64,000 nt of DNA from an uncultured Candidatus Saccharibacteria bacterium (lineage in GTDB: Bacteria > Patescibacteriota > WWE3 > UBA101185 > UBA10185), in NCBI GenBank assembly GCA_964643995.1, contig CAZXUJ010000001.1, positions 141,795 to 205,794 on the forward strand, written 5' to 3'. Position numbers and translations under genes: made by a program. This document shows, piece after piece, positions 18,677-27,934 of the stretch (the first letter of the stretch is position 1; each line of letters opens with the position of its first letter). The notes under the pieces are model-generated. The model made no database searches. It saw only the letters and a program-made list of their open reading frames with translations, and had not been told where the DNA came from.

Positions 18677-19779
18677 TTGGAAAGATATGGGAATACACTA
18701 TCTACTATGAGTTCAGAGGCATCGAATCTAATATAAGATTTAAATGAGCTATCTTTTATTTTATAGCTTCCTAAACCAAGTAACATTTTCTTTAAGCTGG
18801 TTATCAAAGTATCTGAGGATAAATTGGATTCTTCTAGAATCAAGCCCAAACCAGAGTTAGCAATAACGCGAGCGTTTTCAAACTGTTCATTGTGAGACAC
18901 CCATGGAATGGGAATCAACAGGGAAGGCTTTTCAGTAGCCAATATTTCTGACGTAATATGAGCACCCGACCTAGAAACAATTAGACTGGCACGAGTGAAT
19001 GCCTCACCTATTTCGTCGCTGTAAACAAAACGACGTAAAAAATAATCTCCCGGCACCTTTTCTCTAAGGTCGGAATATATACCGGAAAGGTCATCAAAAT
19101 CATTAAATGTAGATACATCCCCTGTTTGATGAATTATATTGGCAAAGTTCAGCAATTCGGACAAACAGTCTTTAACTACAGCATTTATTGCATGTGAACC
19201 AGTTTTACCTGCAGTTATGTAAATAGTAGGAAGGTTGTTATCACTTACGAAGGACGTGGATTTTACTTCAAAAAGATCTTTTCTGAGGGGAATGCCGGTT
19301 AATACAACCTTATGAGCTGGAAAGAAAACCCTAGATTGAGGCCAAGATATCAAAACCTTATCAGCAAACTTTGCAATGAATTTGTTGGCATACCCTGCTA
19401 CTACAGTCTGCTCATGCGTAACAGATTTGATTCCTAGTAAACTTCCTGCTAGGACTGTTGGCGCAGCCAAATAGCCTCCAAAGGATAGAATCAAATCTGG
19501 TTGAATTTTTCTAAGAAGAAAAAGCGCATGAATAACCCCCAAAGGTACTTTTGCAATACGTACTGGATCAAATGTTTTATATAGCTTTCCAGCATGTAAA
19601 TCATAGAAAGGTATATTAAGTTGCGTAACCTCCTTATACTCAAGTGTGTCGTTGGAATCACCTTTGACAGAGTGTTTGTGTCCAAACCAAAATATTTCTA
19701 TATTTGGCACTTTGTTACGAAGAGCCGTGATAACGGGCAACGCAGAGCTATGATGCCCCCCTGTTATAACAAGTTTCAT
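18673..19779 (-). CDS. murG: UDP-GlcNAc:lipid I N-acetylglucosaminyltransferase MurG.
   Basis: GT28 family with MKLVITGGHHSS and an LSFGGY block. A 4-bp overlap with ftsQ. Confidence 0.85.
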   Translation of the reverse strand: MKLVITGGHHSSALPVITALRNKVPNIEIFWFGHKHSVKGDSNDTLEYKEVTQLNIPFYDLHAGKLYKTFDPVRIAKVPLGVIHALFLLRKIQPDLILSFGGYLAAPTVLAGSLLGIKSVTHEQTVVAGYANKFIAKFADKVLISWPQSRVFFPAHKVVLTGIPLRKDLFEVKSTSFVSDNNLPTIYITAGKTGSHAINAVVKDCLSELLNFANIIHQTGDVSTFNDFDDLSGIYSDLREKVPGDYFLRRFVYSDEIGEAFTRASLIVSRSGAHITSEILATEKPSLLIPIPWVSHNEQFENARVIANSGLGLILEESNLSSDTLITSLKKMLLGLGSYKIKDSSFKSYIRFDASELIVDSVFPYLSK

Positions 19780-19791
19780 GTTTCAAGTTTA

Positions 19792-20985
19792 TCACCTTTT
19801 GCTTACCGACCGGGAAACATTAGCCAATAACCCTAATCCAGACAAAATAAAGATTAATGAGGACCCTCCATAGGAAATTAAAGGCAGAGGTATTCCTGTC
19901 AAAGGTATAAGGCGCAACATAGCGGCAACATTAACAAAAAACTGCAAACCTACCCAAGTGGTAACCCCAGTACTTATCAGACGGGAAAATATATCATCGG
20001 CCTTTTTGCTAATAGAATAACCCTTGTAAACAAAGGTACAAAAGGCCAAGACCAATAGACCAGTACCTACAAATCCTAACTCCTCTCCAATAATTGCAAA
20101 AATAGAGTCGGCAAAAACTTCAGGTAAATAGAGAAATTTTTGACGAGATTGGCCAAAGCCCAAACCAAACAAACCTCCTGAACCCAGCGCGATTTGAATT
20201 TGCCTTATATGATAACCCTTTTCAAGATCCCCAGTATTGTCACGTAATGATAAAAAGGTTAACAACCTATCACGTCTGTACGACGAAGAAATCATAAAAA
20301 CAATAAATGTGGAAATAAAAACCGGAATAGAAGCTAGAAGGGGCTTGAGACTTTCGTTAGTAGCAAAATACATCGCAGTACCAATAAGAAAAAGAAGACC
20401 GGCTGTGGAAAGATTGGGCTGAAGAAGTATCAAAAAAGCCACCAAACCAGTAACAACAAGATAATTTCTGAAAGCTTCATACCCCTTAGGTTTTGATCTA
20501 ATGGTTTTTTCTAGAAGTGCGGCAAGAAATATTATCAAAGTAAACTTCGACAGCTCGCTAGGTTGAAACCCCAGGATACCAACAAGCGGTAAAGAGGGTA
20601 AAGGTGGGGGATTTATATAGAACCAGCGGTTAGCACCATTGATACATGGGGCTAGTATGAAATTTAGATTACATGGTAAAACGCCGAATAGAGCAAGAAG
20701 AGTCAGGATTGCGATTGTTACTGCAAACAATGAGGTGGCATATCTTTTAAGAACAGCTAGGTCGACAAACGCAAATGTAAAAAACCCCACCAATCCTATA
20801 AGCATCCAAGCTAACTGTAAAAGTACAAATCGATAAGCAAAACCGTAAATATCCTGAGATAAAACAGCTGTAGAGTCGTGAATGATTATTAACCCAAATA
20901 AAAGAAACCCAAAAACCAAGAAGAGCAGCCCACGATCGATTTCTTTTACTAAAGTCAGAAACCTGTTGTAAAAGTTAAATTTCAT
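19792..20985 (-). CDS. ftsW: SEDS family peptidoglycan polymerase FtsW.
   Basis: Polytopic membrane protein with the C-terminal PLTGIPLPLISYGGSSL SEDS motif. The start was chosen at MKFNFYNRF, directly abutting the mraY stop. Confidence 0.85.
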   Translation of the reverse strand: MKFNFYNRFLTLVKEIDRGLLFLVFGFLLFGLIIIHDSTAVLSQDIYGFAYRFVLLQLAWMLIGLVGFFTFAFVDLAVLKRYATSLFAVTIAILTLLALFGVLPCNLNFILAPCINGANRWFYINPPPLPSLPLVGILGFQPSELSKFTLIIFLAALLEKTIRSKPKGYEAFRNYLVVTGLVAFLILLQPNLSTAGLLFLIGTAMYFATNESLKPLLASIPVFISTFIVFMISSSYRRDRLLTFLSLRDNTGDLEKGYHIRQIQIALGSGGLFGLGFGQSRQKFLYLPEVFADSIFAIIGEELGFVGTGLLVLAFCTFVYKGYSISKKADDIFSRLISTGVTTWVGLQFFVNVAAMLRLIPLTGIPLPLISYGGSSLIFILSGLGLLANVSRSVSKR

Positions 20986-22073
20986 AGTAAAGAGACTAAT
21001 ATACCCAGAAATGCACAAACAACCCCTGCCAACCAAAATCTAAGAGTCACTTTAGTTTCTGGCCAACCTAGTAACTCAAAATGGTGATGAACAGGTGCCA
21101 TTCTAAACAATCTTTTTTTCGTAAGTACTACGGATAGCTGCTGAAGTGGACTGGAAAGTCCATCAAGTAAAAACACAGCCAAAATAAAAACTAAGGCAAC
21201 CTCACGATGTAGTACTACTGCGAAAATTGCTAGAGCAGCCCCCAAAATATGGGAACCTACATCACCCATGAAAATACGAGCCGGATGAATGTTAAAATAC
21301 AAAAACGGAATTAAAGCACCTATAAAAGTGGCCGCCAAAATTGCCAAAGAGTTGTATAAAAGCGCGGATGCTATAACCCAATACGCACCAAAAGCAATTA
21401 TACTCAGACCGCCAGCTAATCCGTCAATACCATCGGTAAAAGCAACAAAATTCATAACTATCAAAAAGAGTAAAAATATTAAAATAGGGTAAAAAAATCC
21501 TATATGGATATTTCCAACTAAAGGCAACCAAAGATAATCCCAGCCCAACTTGAAATAAGTCCAATAAGATACAAATGTGGCAATGCCCCCTTGAATCATA
21601 AATTTATGGTATGTCTGAAGGCCACGGCCAGAGGAACTTCCTAAGATCCTGGAACCTTCAATAAACAAACTCCAGAATCGATTAACAATGGGTAATACTC
21701 GATACAATCTACTAAACATCCTTAAAAATACATTCTCCGTTACCACAGAAGTCAACAACGGATTAAGTCCAGATTTTTTATAGACCTTTGAAAAATCCTC
21801 CATAATGCCAAACAAACCAGCCATAGAAGTCACAAAAATTGGAAATAGCGTTTGAGTACGAGAGCGGTTAAGAAAGAGAGTTATGAGGGCAACAGTGATG
21901 AAAAAAACAAGCCCACCCATGGTTGGGGTACCCCTTTTTTGTAAGTGAGTCTGCGGGCCGTCAGTTCGAATCCTTTCACCCATATGATAACTGTAAACAA
22001 AGCTAATCCATAGAGGGTATAAGGCAAAAGCTATAACAAATCCAGCAAATAAGAATAGTAATTGCTCAAACAT
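20982..22073 (-). CDS. mraY: Phospho-N-acetylmuramoyl-pentapeptide transferase MraY.
   Basis: MraY blocks (FTDGIDGLAGG, HHHFE). Confidence 0.9.
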   Translation of the reverse strand: MFEQLLFLFAGFVIAFALYPLWISFVYSYHMGERIRTDGPQTHLQKRGTPTMGGLVFFITVALITLFLNRSRTQTLFPIFVTSMAGLFGIMEDFSKVYKKSGLNPLLTSVVTENVFLRMFSRLYRVLPIVNRFWSLFIEGSRILGSSSGRGLQTYHKFMIQGGIATFVSYWTYFKLGWDYLWLPLVGNIHIGFFYPILIFLLFLIVMNFVAFTDGIDGLAGGLSIIAFGAYWVIASALLYNSLAILAATFIGALIPFLYFNIHPARIFMGDVGSHILGAALAIFAVVLHREVALVFILAVFLLDGLSSPLQQLSVVLTKKRLFRMAPVHHHFELLGWPETKVTLRFWLAGVVCAFLGILVSLL

Positions 22074-22092
22074 AATTAAGATTGATTATATA

Positions 22093-23421
22093 CTAATCTG
22101 ATTCTTCGATTTGCGCACCGAGCTCTGAAAAGCGCTCAAGAAAAGAGTCAAAACCATAGCTTATTTGAGAAAATCCGGTCAATTCGGTTTTTCCTTCGGC
22201 AGACAATGCCGCTATCATTAAAGCTAGCCCAGAAATAAATTCCGTTACTAAGACCTTACTACCTTTAAGCTTGGTTGGACCATTAATTTCAATAACATTC
22301 AAAGGCTCACCAGATTTTTTTATATCGTAAGACTCATCACTAATGACCATCTCAAGACCGGACTCAGAGGGTTTTAAGAGTTTTATATTGGCACCCATCA
22401 TGTTTAGGTCTCGAATGTAATCTGAGCGATTGGTATAAATTGTATCGTACAATGTGCTTTTACCCGAAGCGCGAGTCATTAAAACAGTCAAAAATGGCAA
22501 CCACTCAGATAAGAAACCCGGCGCAGGCGAGGTGGAAAGGGATATAGGGGATAAGGTTTCAGCAGAGTGCCAAATACGCATGTTCTTTCCGTCAAATTCA
22601 TAGCGAGCGCCTAATTTGGTCAAAACATTAACGAAAGATAGCAAGTGTGCCTGCTCAACATCTTTTATGATTACACTTCCTTGTGTTGCCAATGCACAGG
22701 TAGCAAAAATCACAACATCTGTTTTATCCGGCGGTAAAGTAAACTCGGTGCCCCTAAACAACGCGACACCTGTTACTTTTATGATTCTAGGTTCAATGCG
22801 GGCAACGTTTCCACCGATACTGTTACAAAATTCTATCAAACTATCGACCTCAACTTCCTCAGCAGCATTTTTTATGTAGGTTTCTCCGTTAAGAAATAGA
22901 GATGATAACATAGCGTTTTCGGTACCCATATGAGTATTAATCTTGAAATTCACATTGGCACCAATGAGATTATGTCCTTTGATATGTACATAATTGTCGT
23001 CTTCACTTACCTCATATCCTAGGCTACGCCACGTATCTACAAAACGGTTTACAGGACGGGCTCCATATTTGACACTGTATGGTTTTGGAAGACGTGCTTG
23101 TCCAAATCTATGCACCAATGGACCCGCAAGAAGCAGGCAAGTTCTTTGTTTAGCACCCAAGTCGTAGGGAATTTCAAAAGAGTTAATTTTAGAGCCATTA
23201 AGCTTCAAGGAGTTTTGCGAAATCCAAGTTATCTGGGCACCTAGTGAAGTTAAAATATCTATATCCGCCTCAAGGCTGCCAATTTTGGGAACATTTCTAA
23301 TGATTACATCTTCATTAGAAAACATGGCTGCATGTATTACTTTTAGAGCACAGTTGCGAGCACCAGAAACTCTTATCTCTCCATTTAGCGACTTACCGCC
23401 AGTTATTTTAATATTTGACAT
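22093..23421 (-). CDS. murA: UDP-N-acetylglucosamine 1-carboxyvinyltransferase MurA.
   Basis: EPSP-synthase fold. The N-terminus KITGGKSLNGEIRVSGARN is typical of MurA. Confidence 0.9.
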   Translation of the reverse strand: MSNIKITGGKSLNGEIRVSGARNCALKVIHAAMFSNEDVIIRNVPKIGSLEADIDILTSLGAQITWISQNSLKLNGSKINSFEIPYDLGAKQRTCLLLAGPLVHRFGQARLPKPYSVKYGARPVNRFVDTWRSLGYEVSEDDNYVHIKGHNLIGANVNFKINTHMGTENAMLSSLFLNGETYIKNAAEEVEVDSLIEFCNSIGGNVARIEPRIIKVTGVALFRGTEFTLPPDKTDVVIFATCALATQGSVIIKDVEQAHLLSFVNVLTKLGARYEFDGKNMRIWHSAETLSPISLSTSPAPGFLSEWLPFLTVLMTRASGKSTLYDTIYTNRSDYIRDLNMMGANIKLLKPSESGLEMVISDESYDIKKSGEPLNVIEINGPTKLKGSKVLVTEFISGLALMIAALSAEGKTELTGFSQISYGFDSFLERFSELGAQIEESD

Positions 23422-23435
23422 AACAAAAGGACAGG

Positions 23436-23660
23436 CTAGCGCAAACTTATCAAAACTAATGAATTCAAAACAAGAACACTTGACAGAAATATAGTTAAAA
23501 TCAGGATTACTTTTTCAAGACCACGACGTGATCTATAAACACTAAAAGAACTCCCAAGCGTACTGGACAGGCCACCTCCCTTACCTTGAATTAATATCAA
23601 AGACACAATAAAAAATGAAGAAACTATTTGCAATATCTTTACGATCATAATCAGGTTCAT
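23436..23660 (-). CDS. secG: Preprotein translocase subunit SecG.
   Basis: 74 aa with two TM segments and LILIQGKGGGLSSTLG, the SecG signature. Confidence 0.7.
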   Translation of the reverse strand: MNLIMIVKILQIVSSFFIVSLILIQGKGGGLSSTLGSSFSVYRSRRGLEKVILILTIFLSSVLVLNSLVLISLR

Positions 23661-24073
23661 TTGTTATTTGATGATCCTAGCCACTTAAAAAAATTAAAAA
23701 CAACAACAAACAATAAAGCAGAGAAAACCATAGATGATAACTTCGTTAAGCTTTTTGATGGTAACACAATACCAAAAATTATCAATTCAGATATTACAGA
23801 AGCCTGTACATCAAAAAAAGGTAGCAAAACCGTAAGCATATATAAAACAATCAAATTCATTAAAAACGAAAGAAATATGCCACCTGGGCCACCATCTGGT
23901 AGTGACAAAATATTCAGTATTGGTGGCAAAAAGGTGTTCAAAAGGGCGACTCCTATCAAAACGAGTAAAAAGGTAATATTGTGGCTACCTCCAAAGAAAA
24001 AGCCATTTATAACAGATTGAGTTACATACAATGAAATATAGGAATAAACGAACATTTTTAATATTTTTTTCAT
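23657..24073 (-). CDS. DUF360 / phage-holin-4 (YvlD-like) small membrane protein.
   Basis: Four TM segments with a PPILNILSLPDGG...LFSLMNLIVL pattern resembling YvlD family proteins. Confidence 0.5.
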   Translation of the reverse strand: MKKILKMFVYSYISLYVTQSVINGFFFGGSHNITFLLVLIGVALLNTFLPPILNILSLPDGGPGGIFLSFLMNLIVLYMLTVLLPFFDVQASVISELIIFGIVLPSKSLTKLSSMVFSALLFVVVFNFFKWLGSSNNK

Positions 24074-24075
24074 CT

Positions 24076-25419
24076 TTAGTGTAATTGCTCTTTCACGCGT
24101 TCAAGCCTTAGTTTATGATGATACGCCTGTGCAAATCTATGAGCCTCGTCACGAAGCCTCTGTAGCAACTTCAGGCCCTCATTATCTCGAGGCAAGTTGA
24201 TTTCATAGAACTCACCTTTATTAAAACACACGATTGTTTCATTTTTTTTTGCTAATCCTACTAAAGGATACTCTATATTAAGTTTTGCGAAAACACCCAT
24301 TACTGCTGATAACTGCCCTTTTCCACCGTCCAGAACAATTAAATCTGGCGCATCCCAATCTTTTTTTAATCGTCGATACAAAACTTCGGACATCATTGCA
24401 AAATCATCGGGTGTACTTTTGGTTTTGATTTTAAATTTGCGATATTCTCGTTTAGTGATCTCACCCCTTACAGCTACAACCATGGATCCAACAGAATCCG
24501 TACCTGAGACATTTGATATGTCGTAGCACTCTATTCTTTCAGGAGGACTTTGTAAAAATGGGATGTTGGTATGTAATTCAGCTAGCGCTTTTTCTCGTAG
24601 ATCTTCCGCTAAGTAAGGGTTCTGCATGTAGTCATCTGCACGACTGAACTTTTGCCTTATATAATCAAACTTTCTTAGAATATCTCTATTTTTTGCAGCA
24701 CTTTCAAAGTCATGGGCTTTAGCGAACGTCTTCATTTCAACCTCAAGTGAACGTACGAATTTATTTGACTCACCTGATAAAAGATCCTTAACCTTTTTTA
24801 TGTCACGTTGATAGCTCTGCGGTGAAATTTTATCTGTGCAAGGAGCCTGACATAAACCTATATGGCCATACAAACATGGTGCATTTTTATGAGCATGTTG
24901 GTTAAATTTACTTTTACTGCAATCTCTGTACGGCAGAACAGTACGCATTATTCTAAGAACGGATTTAGCATAGCGCGCATGTGGATATGGACCAAAATAC
25001 AGATCGCCATTTTTTAGATCGGTTTGCCGAGCAGCCATTACCACTGGTAGGGTCACTTGCCTGCCGGTCTTTTCCATCTTTTCTGGACGTATAACAATAT
25101 ACAAATACGACTTGTCATCCTTCAGAGCAATGTTGTATTTTGGTTTGTATCTCTTGATTAAGGCAGCCTCTAGTATGAGTGCTTCGAGCTCTGATAATGT
25201 CTCAATGTATTCGATAGTCTCAATCTGTTTTACCAACATTGCTGTCTTCGAGGTTTCTTCAAATGGTATGCTGAAGTATGAACGTACACGATTGCGTAAA
25301 TTCTTTGCCTTACCAACATATATAACCTGCCCACCCGTGTCATGATATTTGTAAATACCAGCACATGTTGGAACTTCGTTCATCTTATCTTTTAGATTAG
25401 GGCCACGTATCACTTGCAT
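24076..25419 (-). CDS. uvrC: Excinuclease ABC subunit C, short form lacking the C-terminal (HhH)2 domain.
   Basis: GIY-YIG block (IYVGKAKNLRNRVRSY), a UVR-like segment and an RNaseH-like endonuclease domain. The protein ends at 447 aa. The next gene starts 3 bp downstream, so there is no room for an HhH domain. Confidence 0.85.
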   Translation of the reverse strand: MQVIRGPNLKDKMNEVPTCAGIYKYHDTGGQVIYVGKAKNLRNRVRSYFSIPFEETSKTAMLVKQIETIEYIETLSELEALILEAALIKRYKPKYNIALKDDKSYLYIVIRPEKMEKTGRQVTLPVVMAARQTDLKNGDLYFGPYPHARYAKSVLRIMRTVLPYRDCSKSKFNQHAHKNAPCLYGHIGLCQAPCTDKISPQSYQRDIKKVKDLLSGESNKFVRSLEVEMKTFAKAHDFESAAKNRDILRKFDYIRQKFSRADDYMQNPYLAEDLREKALAELHTNIPFLQSPPERIECYDISNVSGTDSVGSMVVAVRGEITKREYRKFKIKTKSTPDDFAMMSEVLYRRLKKDWDAPDLIVLDGGKGQLSAVMGVFAKLNIEYPLVGLAKKNETIVCFNKGEFYEINLPRDNEGLKLLQRLRDEAHRFAQAYHHKLRLERVKEQLH

Positions 25420-25560
25420 TACAATATTTTAGCATCACTTGCACTTTTTATCTTAACCCTATAGGATGTGAGGGGCAGTTTTGAAAAAGGGATTTACGCA
25501 AAAGAAAATAGATACGCAATTGGTTTGATTTTGTTGGCTTCAGTTGCGATTTTTTCACAA

Positions 25561-25650
25561 GGCAATGGAGCGCTGGCAGTGGCCTGTGGGGAGTCACAAG
25601 TCTACACAGCCCAGTTCTTGGGGTCATGTAGCGCTGCCCCAAACACCCAA
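25561..25650. ncRNA. GC-rich (about 58% versus about 38% background) island of about 90 bp in a 273-bp intergenic gap. Candidate structured RNA or cis-regulatory leader.
   Basis: Strong local compositional shift. Nested complementary segments (AGCGCT...AGCGCT, GGCCTGTG...CACAGCC, CCCAG..TTGGG). The overlapping 61-aa GTG-start ORF uses atypical GC-rich codons. Confidence 0.3.
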
Positions 25651-25692
25651 TAACACTACAAAAATGTTTGCTACTCTGACATAATTTACATA

Positions 25693-26046
25693 GTGAATCC
25701 TCAGAATCCAAAAAACAAATTAAGTAAACCCATTGTTGTTACTGCCGTAACCAGAAATTCCGCAGGACATACCGAGTTTGATAATTGCCGTACAATACCT
25801 ATAATCGGAGCCAATGGTGTCACAGCACCAATCGGCCTCAGACTTTATGCATTAGTGCAACCAATTACCAATGGTAAATATTTTCCTGCAGAGCCACTTC
25901 CTTATCAAGGATATAAAATAAGTGTAGAAGGTACCTTAGGAAATTCCGACGAAATAAGCAGAGACGTAACTGTTTACAAATCATTTCCATTTGCTACAGG
26001 CGTACTTGATTTTGCACTATATGCAAAAAATAGTTTAACTCCCTAA
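25693..26046 (+). CDS. Hypothetical protein (117 aa), co-transcribed with the downstream transglutaminase-like gene.
   Basis: Intact ORF with typical codon usage. Its stop lies 2 bp before the next start. Confidence 0.45.
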   Translation: MNPQNPKNKLSKPIVVTAVTRNSAGHTEFDNCRTIPIIGANGVTAPIGLRLYALVQPITNGKYFPAEPLPYQGYKISVEGTLGNSDEISRDVTVYKSFPFATGVLDFALYAKNSLTP

Positions 26047-26047
26047 A

Positions 26048-27934
26048 ATGAGAATCTTTATTAAATTTTTGTTTTTTTCAATAGCACTATCGATATTTAT
26101 GCATCGGGGGTATGCCCAAAACCAAGCACCAACACCATTTACATCCCTTTACAATGTAACCTATGAAGTTGACCTAAAGGGAAATACACAGGTATCCCAA
26201 GATATATCGATAGTTAATCGGCACAAAGATGTCATTGCAACAACGTACTCGTTGCTCGTGAAAAAACTCAACATATATGATCTGGTTATTGATTCAGACC
26301 AGAACATTGAGCTGGAAGAAAAAAAAGAAAACGAACAGACAGAGATTAATTTAACTTTCAAAAATGCAGTTATAGGAGAAGGTCGGGCAAACGAGTTTAA
26401 AATTAAATATAAAACCCCTGACATAGTATCAAGAGTAGGCGAAGTGTGGAATATAAATATACCTCGTGCAAATTTACTAGAAGACACTAAAGAATACGGC
26501 GTCACCTTGCTAGTACCCAAGGAATTTGGCCCAGAAATATTCATTACACCTAGCCCAATAATAAAAGAAGAAACCGACACACACTACAAATACAATTTTA
26601 ATGAAAATACCCTGCGCGCAACTGGCATCTCGGCATCTTATGGGCAATATCAAGTAATAAACTTCAAACTTGACTATGAAATCTCAAATGATTCCTTTCT
26701 GGAAACCGATCGCGAAATAGCGCTTCCTCCCGATTTAACAAATGTTCAACAGGTTTTGTTTAAATCAATTGAACCTTCACCAAATAGCATTTATACCGAT
26801 CAAGACAACAATATCCTAGCAGAATACAAACTTGACGGAAAGGAAACAAAAAACATTACTGTGATAGGTACTGCGAGAATACTTAGTAGACAGATAAAAC
26901 CCGACCTCGGGGCAACTGCAAAAGACATCCCTAACGAATTAAAAAACAAATACACTGGGGCAAATGAGTTTTGGAATGCAGACGATATAGAAATAAAGAA
27001 AACCGCTGAAGAACTTTATGACGCGAATGAGTCTGTTTCCAAAAACGCTCAGAGAGCTTATCAATTTACAGTATCTAAACTCAAATACGACTTTAGTATT
27101 CTGAAACAGGAATCGGTAAACCGCAAGGGAGGAGCTATGGCACTAATGGCCACAGACAGCATTGGATGCATGGAATTCACTGACCTTTTCATCTCACTAA
27201 CCCGGGCAATGGGTATCCCTGCCAGAGAGTTGGATGGCTATGCAATCACAGAAGAAAACTCAAGCACAACACCACTTTCCATAAATTTAAGAGGTGGCGA
27301 TTTGTTACACGCATGGGCGGAATTTTATGATCCAGCTTTTGGATGGGTACCTGTTGATCCCACCTGGGGTAGCACTTCTGGAATTGATTACTTCACTAAA
27401 CTCGATACCAATCATTTAGTTTTCGCCGTAAAGGGAATAAGCCCATATTTACCAATGCCTGCAGGATCATATAAAAGAATCGAAGGTCAAAAACAGGCTC
27501 ATGTTGAGGTAGCAAGTAATAATAATACTGATGAGTTCATTCCATTAATAAAAATCTATAGATCATATGATTTTAGTTTAGTGCACCTCTTAAAAAATGA
27601 GAAACGATATTATCTTAAAAATGAAGGTAACATAGCCGTTTACTATGATGGACAACAAATAATTCCAACACAACACATTCCTATAAACATAAAAAACGAA
27701 AAATTCTCATTACTTATAAAGGACACTCTTGGGAAAGAATATATTTTAGATCCTGAGGTTTCAGATGAGAAACTAGATAACCCTATTTTAGCTTATGGCT
27801 CTTTAGTTTTCTCAGTGCTTCTCCTGTATATGATCTTTTATTTTTTAGTAATTCGCTTACAGGTCCTGAAAAGATTAGCTCTCCTCCTAAAGAACCACCC
27901 TCAGGTCCCAGATCAACAACCCAATCAGCATTAG
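26048..27934 (+). CDS. Secreted, C-terminally membrane-anchored transglutaminase-like (Cys-His-Asp) enzyme.
   Basis: Signal peptide, then a transglutaminase core with Cys (GCMEFTDLF), His (HAWAEFY) and Asp (VPVDPTWG). A C-terminal TM anchor is encoded in the overlap with the uvrA 3' end. Confidence 0.7.
   Translation: MRIFIKFLFFSIALSIFMHRGYAQNQAPTPFTSLYNVTYEVDLKGNTQVSQDISIVNRHKDVIATTYSLLVKKLNIYDLVIDSDQNIELEEKKENEQTEINLTFKNAVIGEGRANEFKIKYKTPDIVSRVGEVWNINIPRANLLEDTKEYGVTLLVPKEFGPEIFITPSPIIKEETDTHYKYNFNENTLRATGISASYGQYQVINFKLDYEISNDSFLETDREIALPPDLTNVQQVLFKSIEPSPNSIYTDQDNNILAEYKLDGKETKNITVIGTARILSRQIKPDLGATAKDIPNELKNKYTGANEFWNADDIEIKKTAEELYDANESVSKNAQRAYQFTVSKLKYDFSILKQESVNRKGGAMALMATDSIGCMEFTDLFISLTRAMGIPARELDGYAITEENSSTTPLSINLRGGDLLHAWAEFYDPAFGWVPVDPTWGSTSGIDYFTKLDTNHLVFAVKGISPYLPMPAGSYKRIEGQKQAHVEVASNNNTDEFIPLIKIYRSYDFSLVHLLKNEKRYYLKNEGNIAVYYDGQQIIPTQHIPINIKNEKFSLLIKDTLGKEYILDPEVSDEKLDNPILAYGSLVFSVLLLYMIFYFLVIRLQVLKRLALLLKNHPQVPDQQPNQH

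Noticed and set aside
21950-21985. tRNA-like GTTCGAATCC T-loop motif.
   Set aside because: It lies inside the mraY coding frame with no acceptor, D or anticodon stems pairing around it. It is a coincidental hexamer.
25468-25653. 61-aa GTG-start ORF with a hydrophobic segment and Cys-containing tail (possible precursor peptide).
   Set aside because: Its codon composition is strongly GC-rich and unlike all confident genes. The region is better explained as structured RNA. It is kept as an alternative under the GC-island finding.
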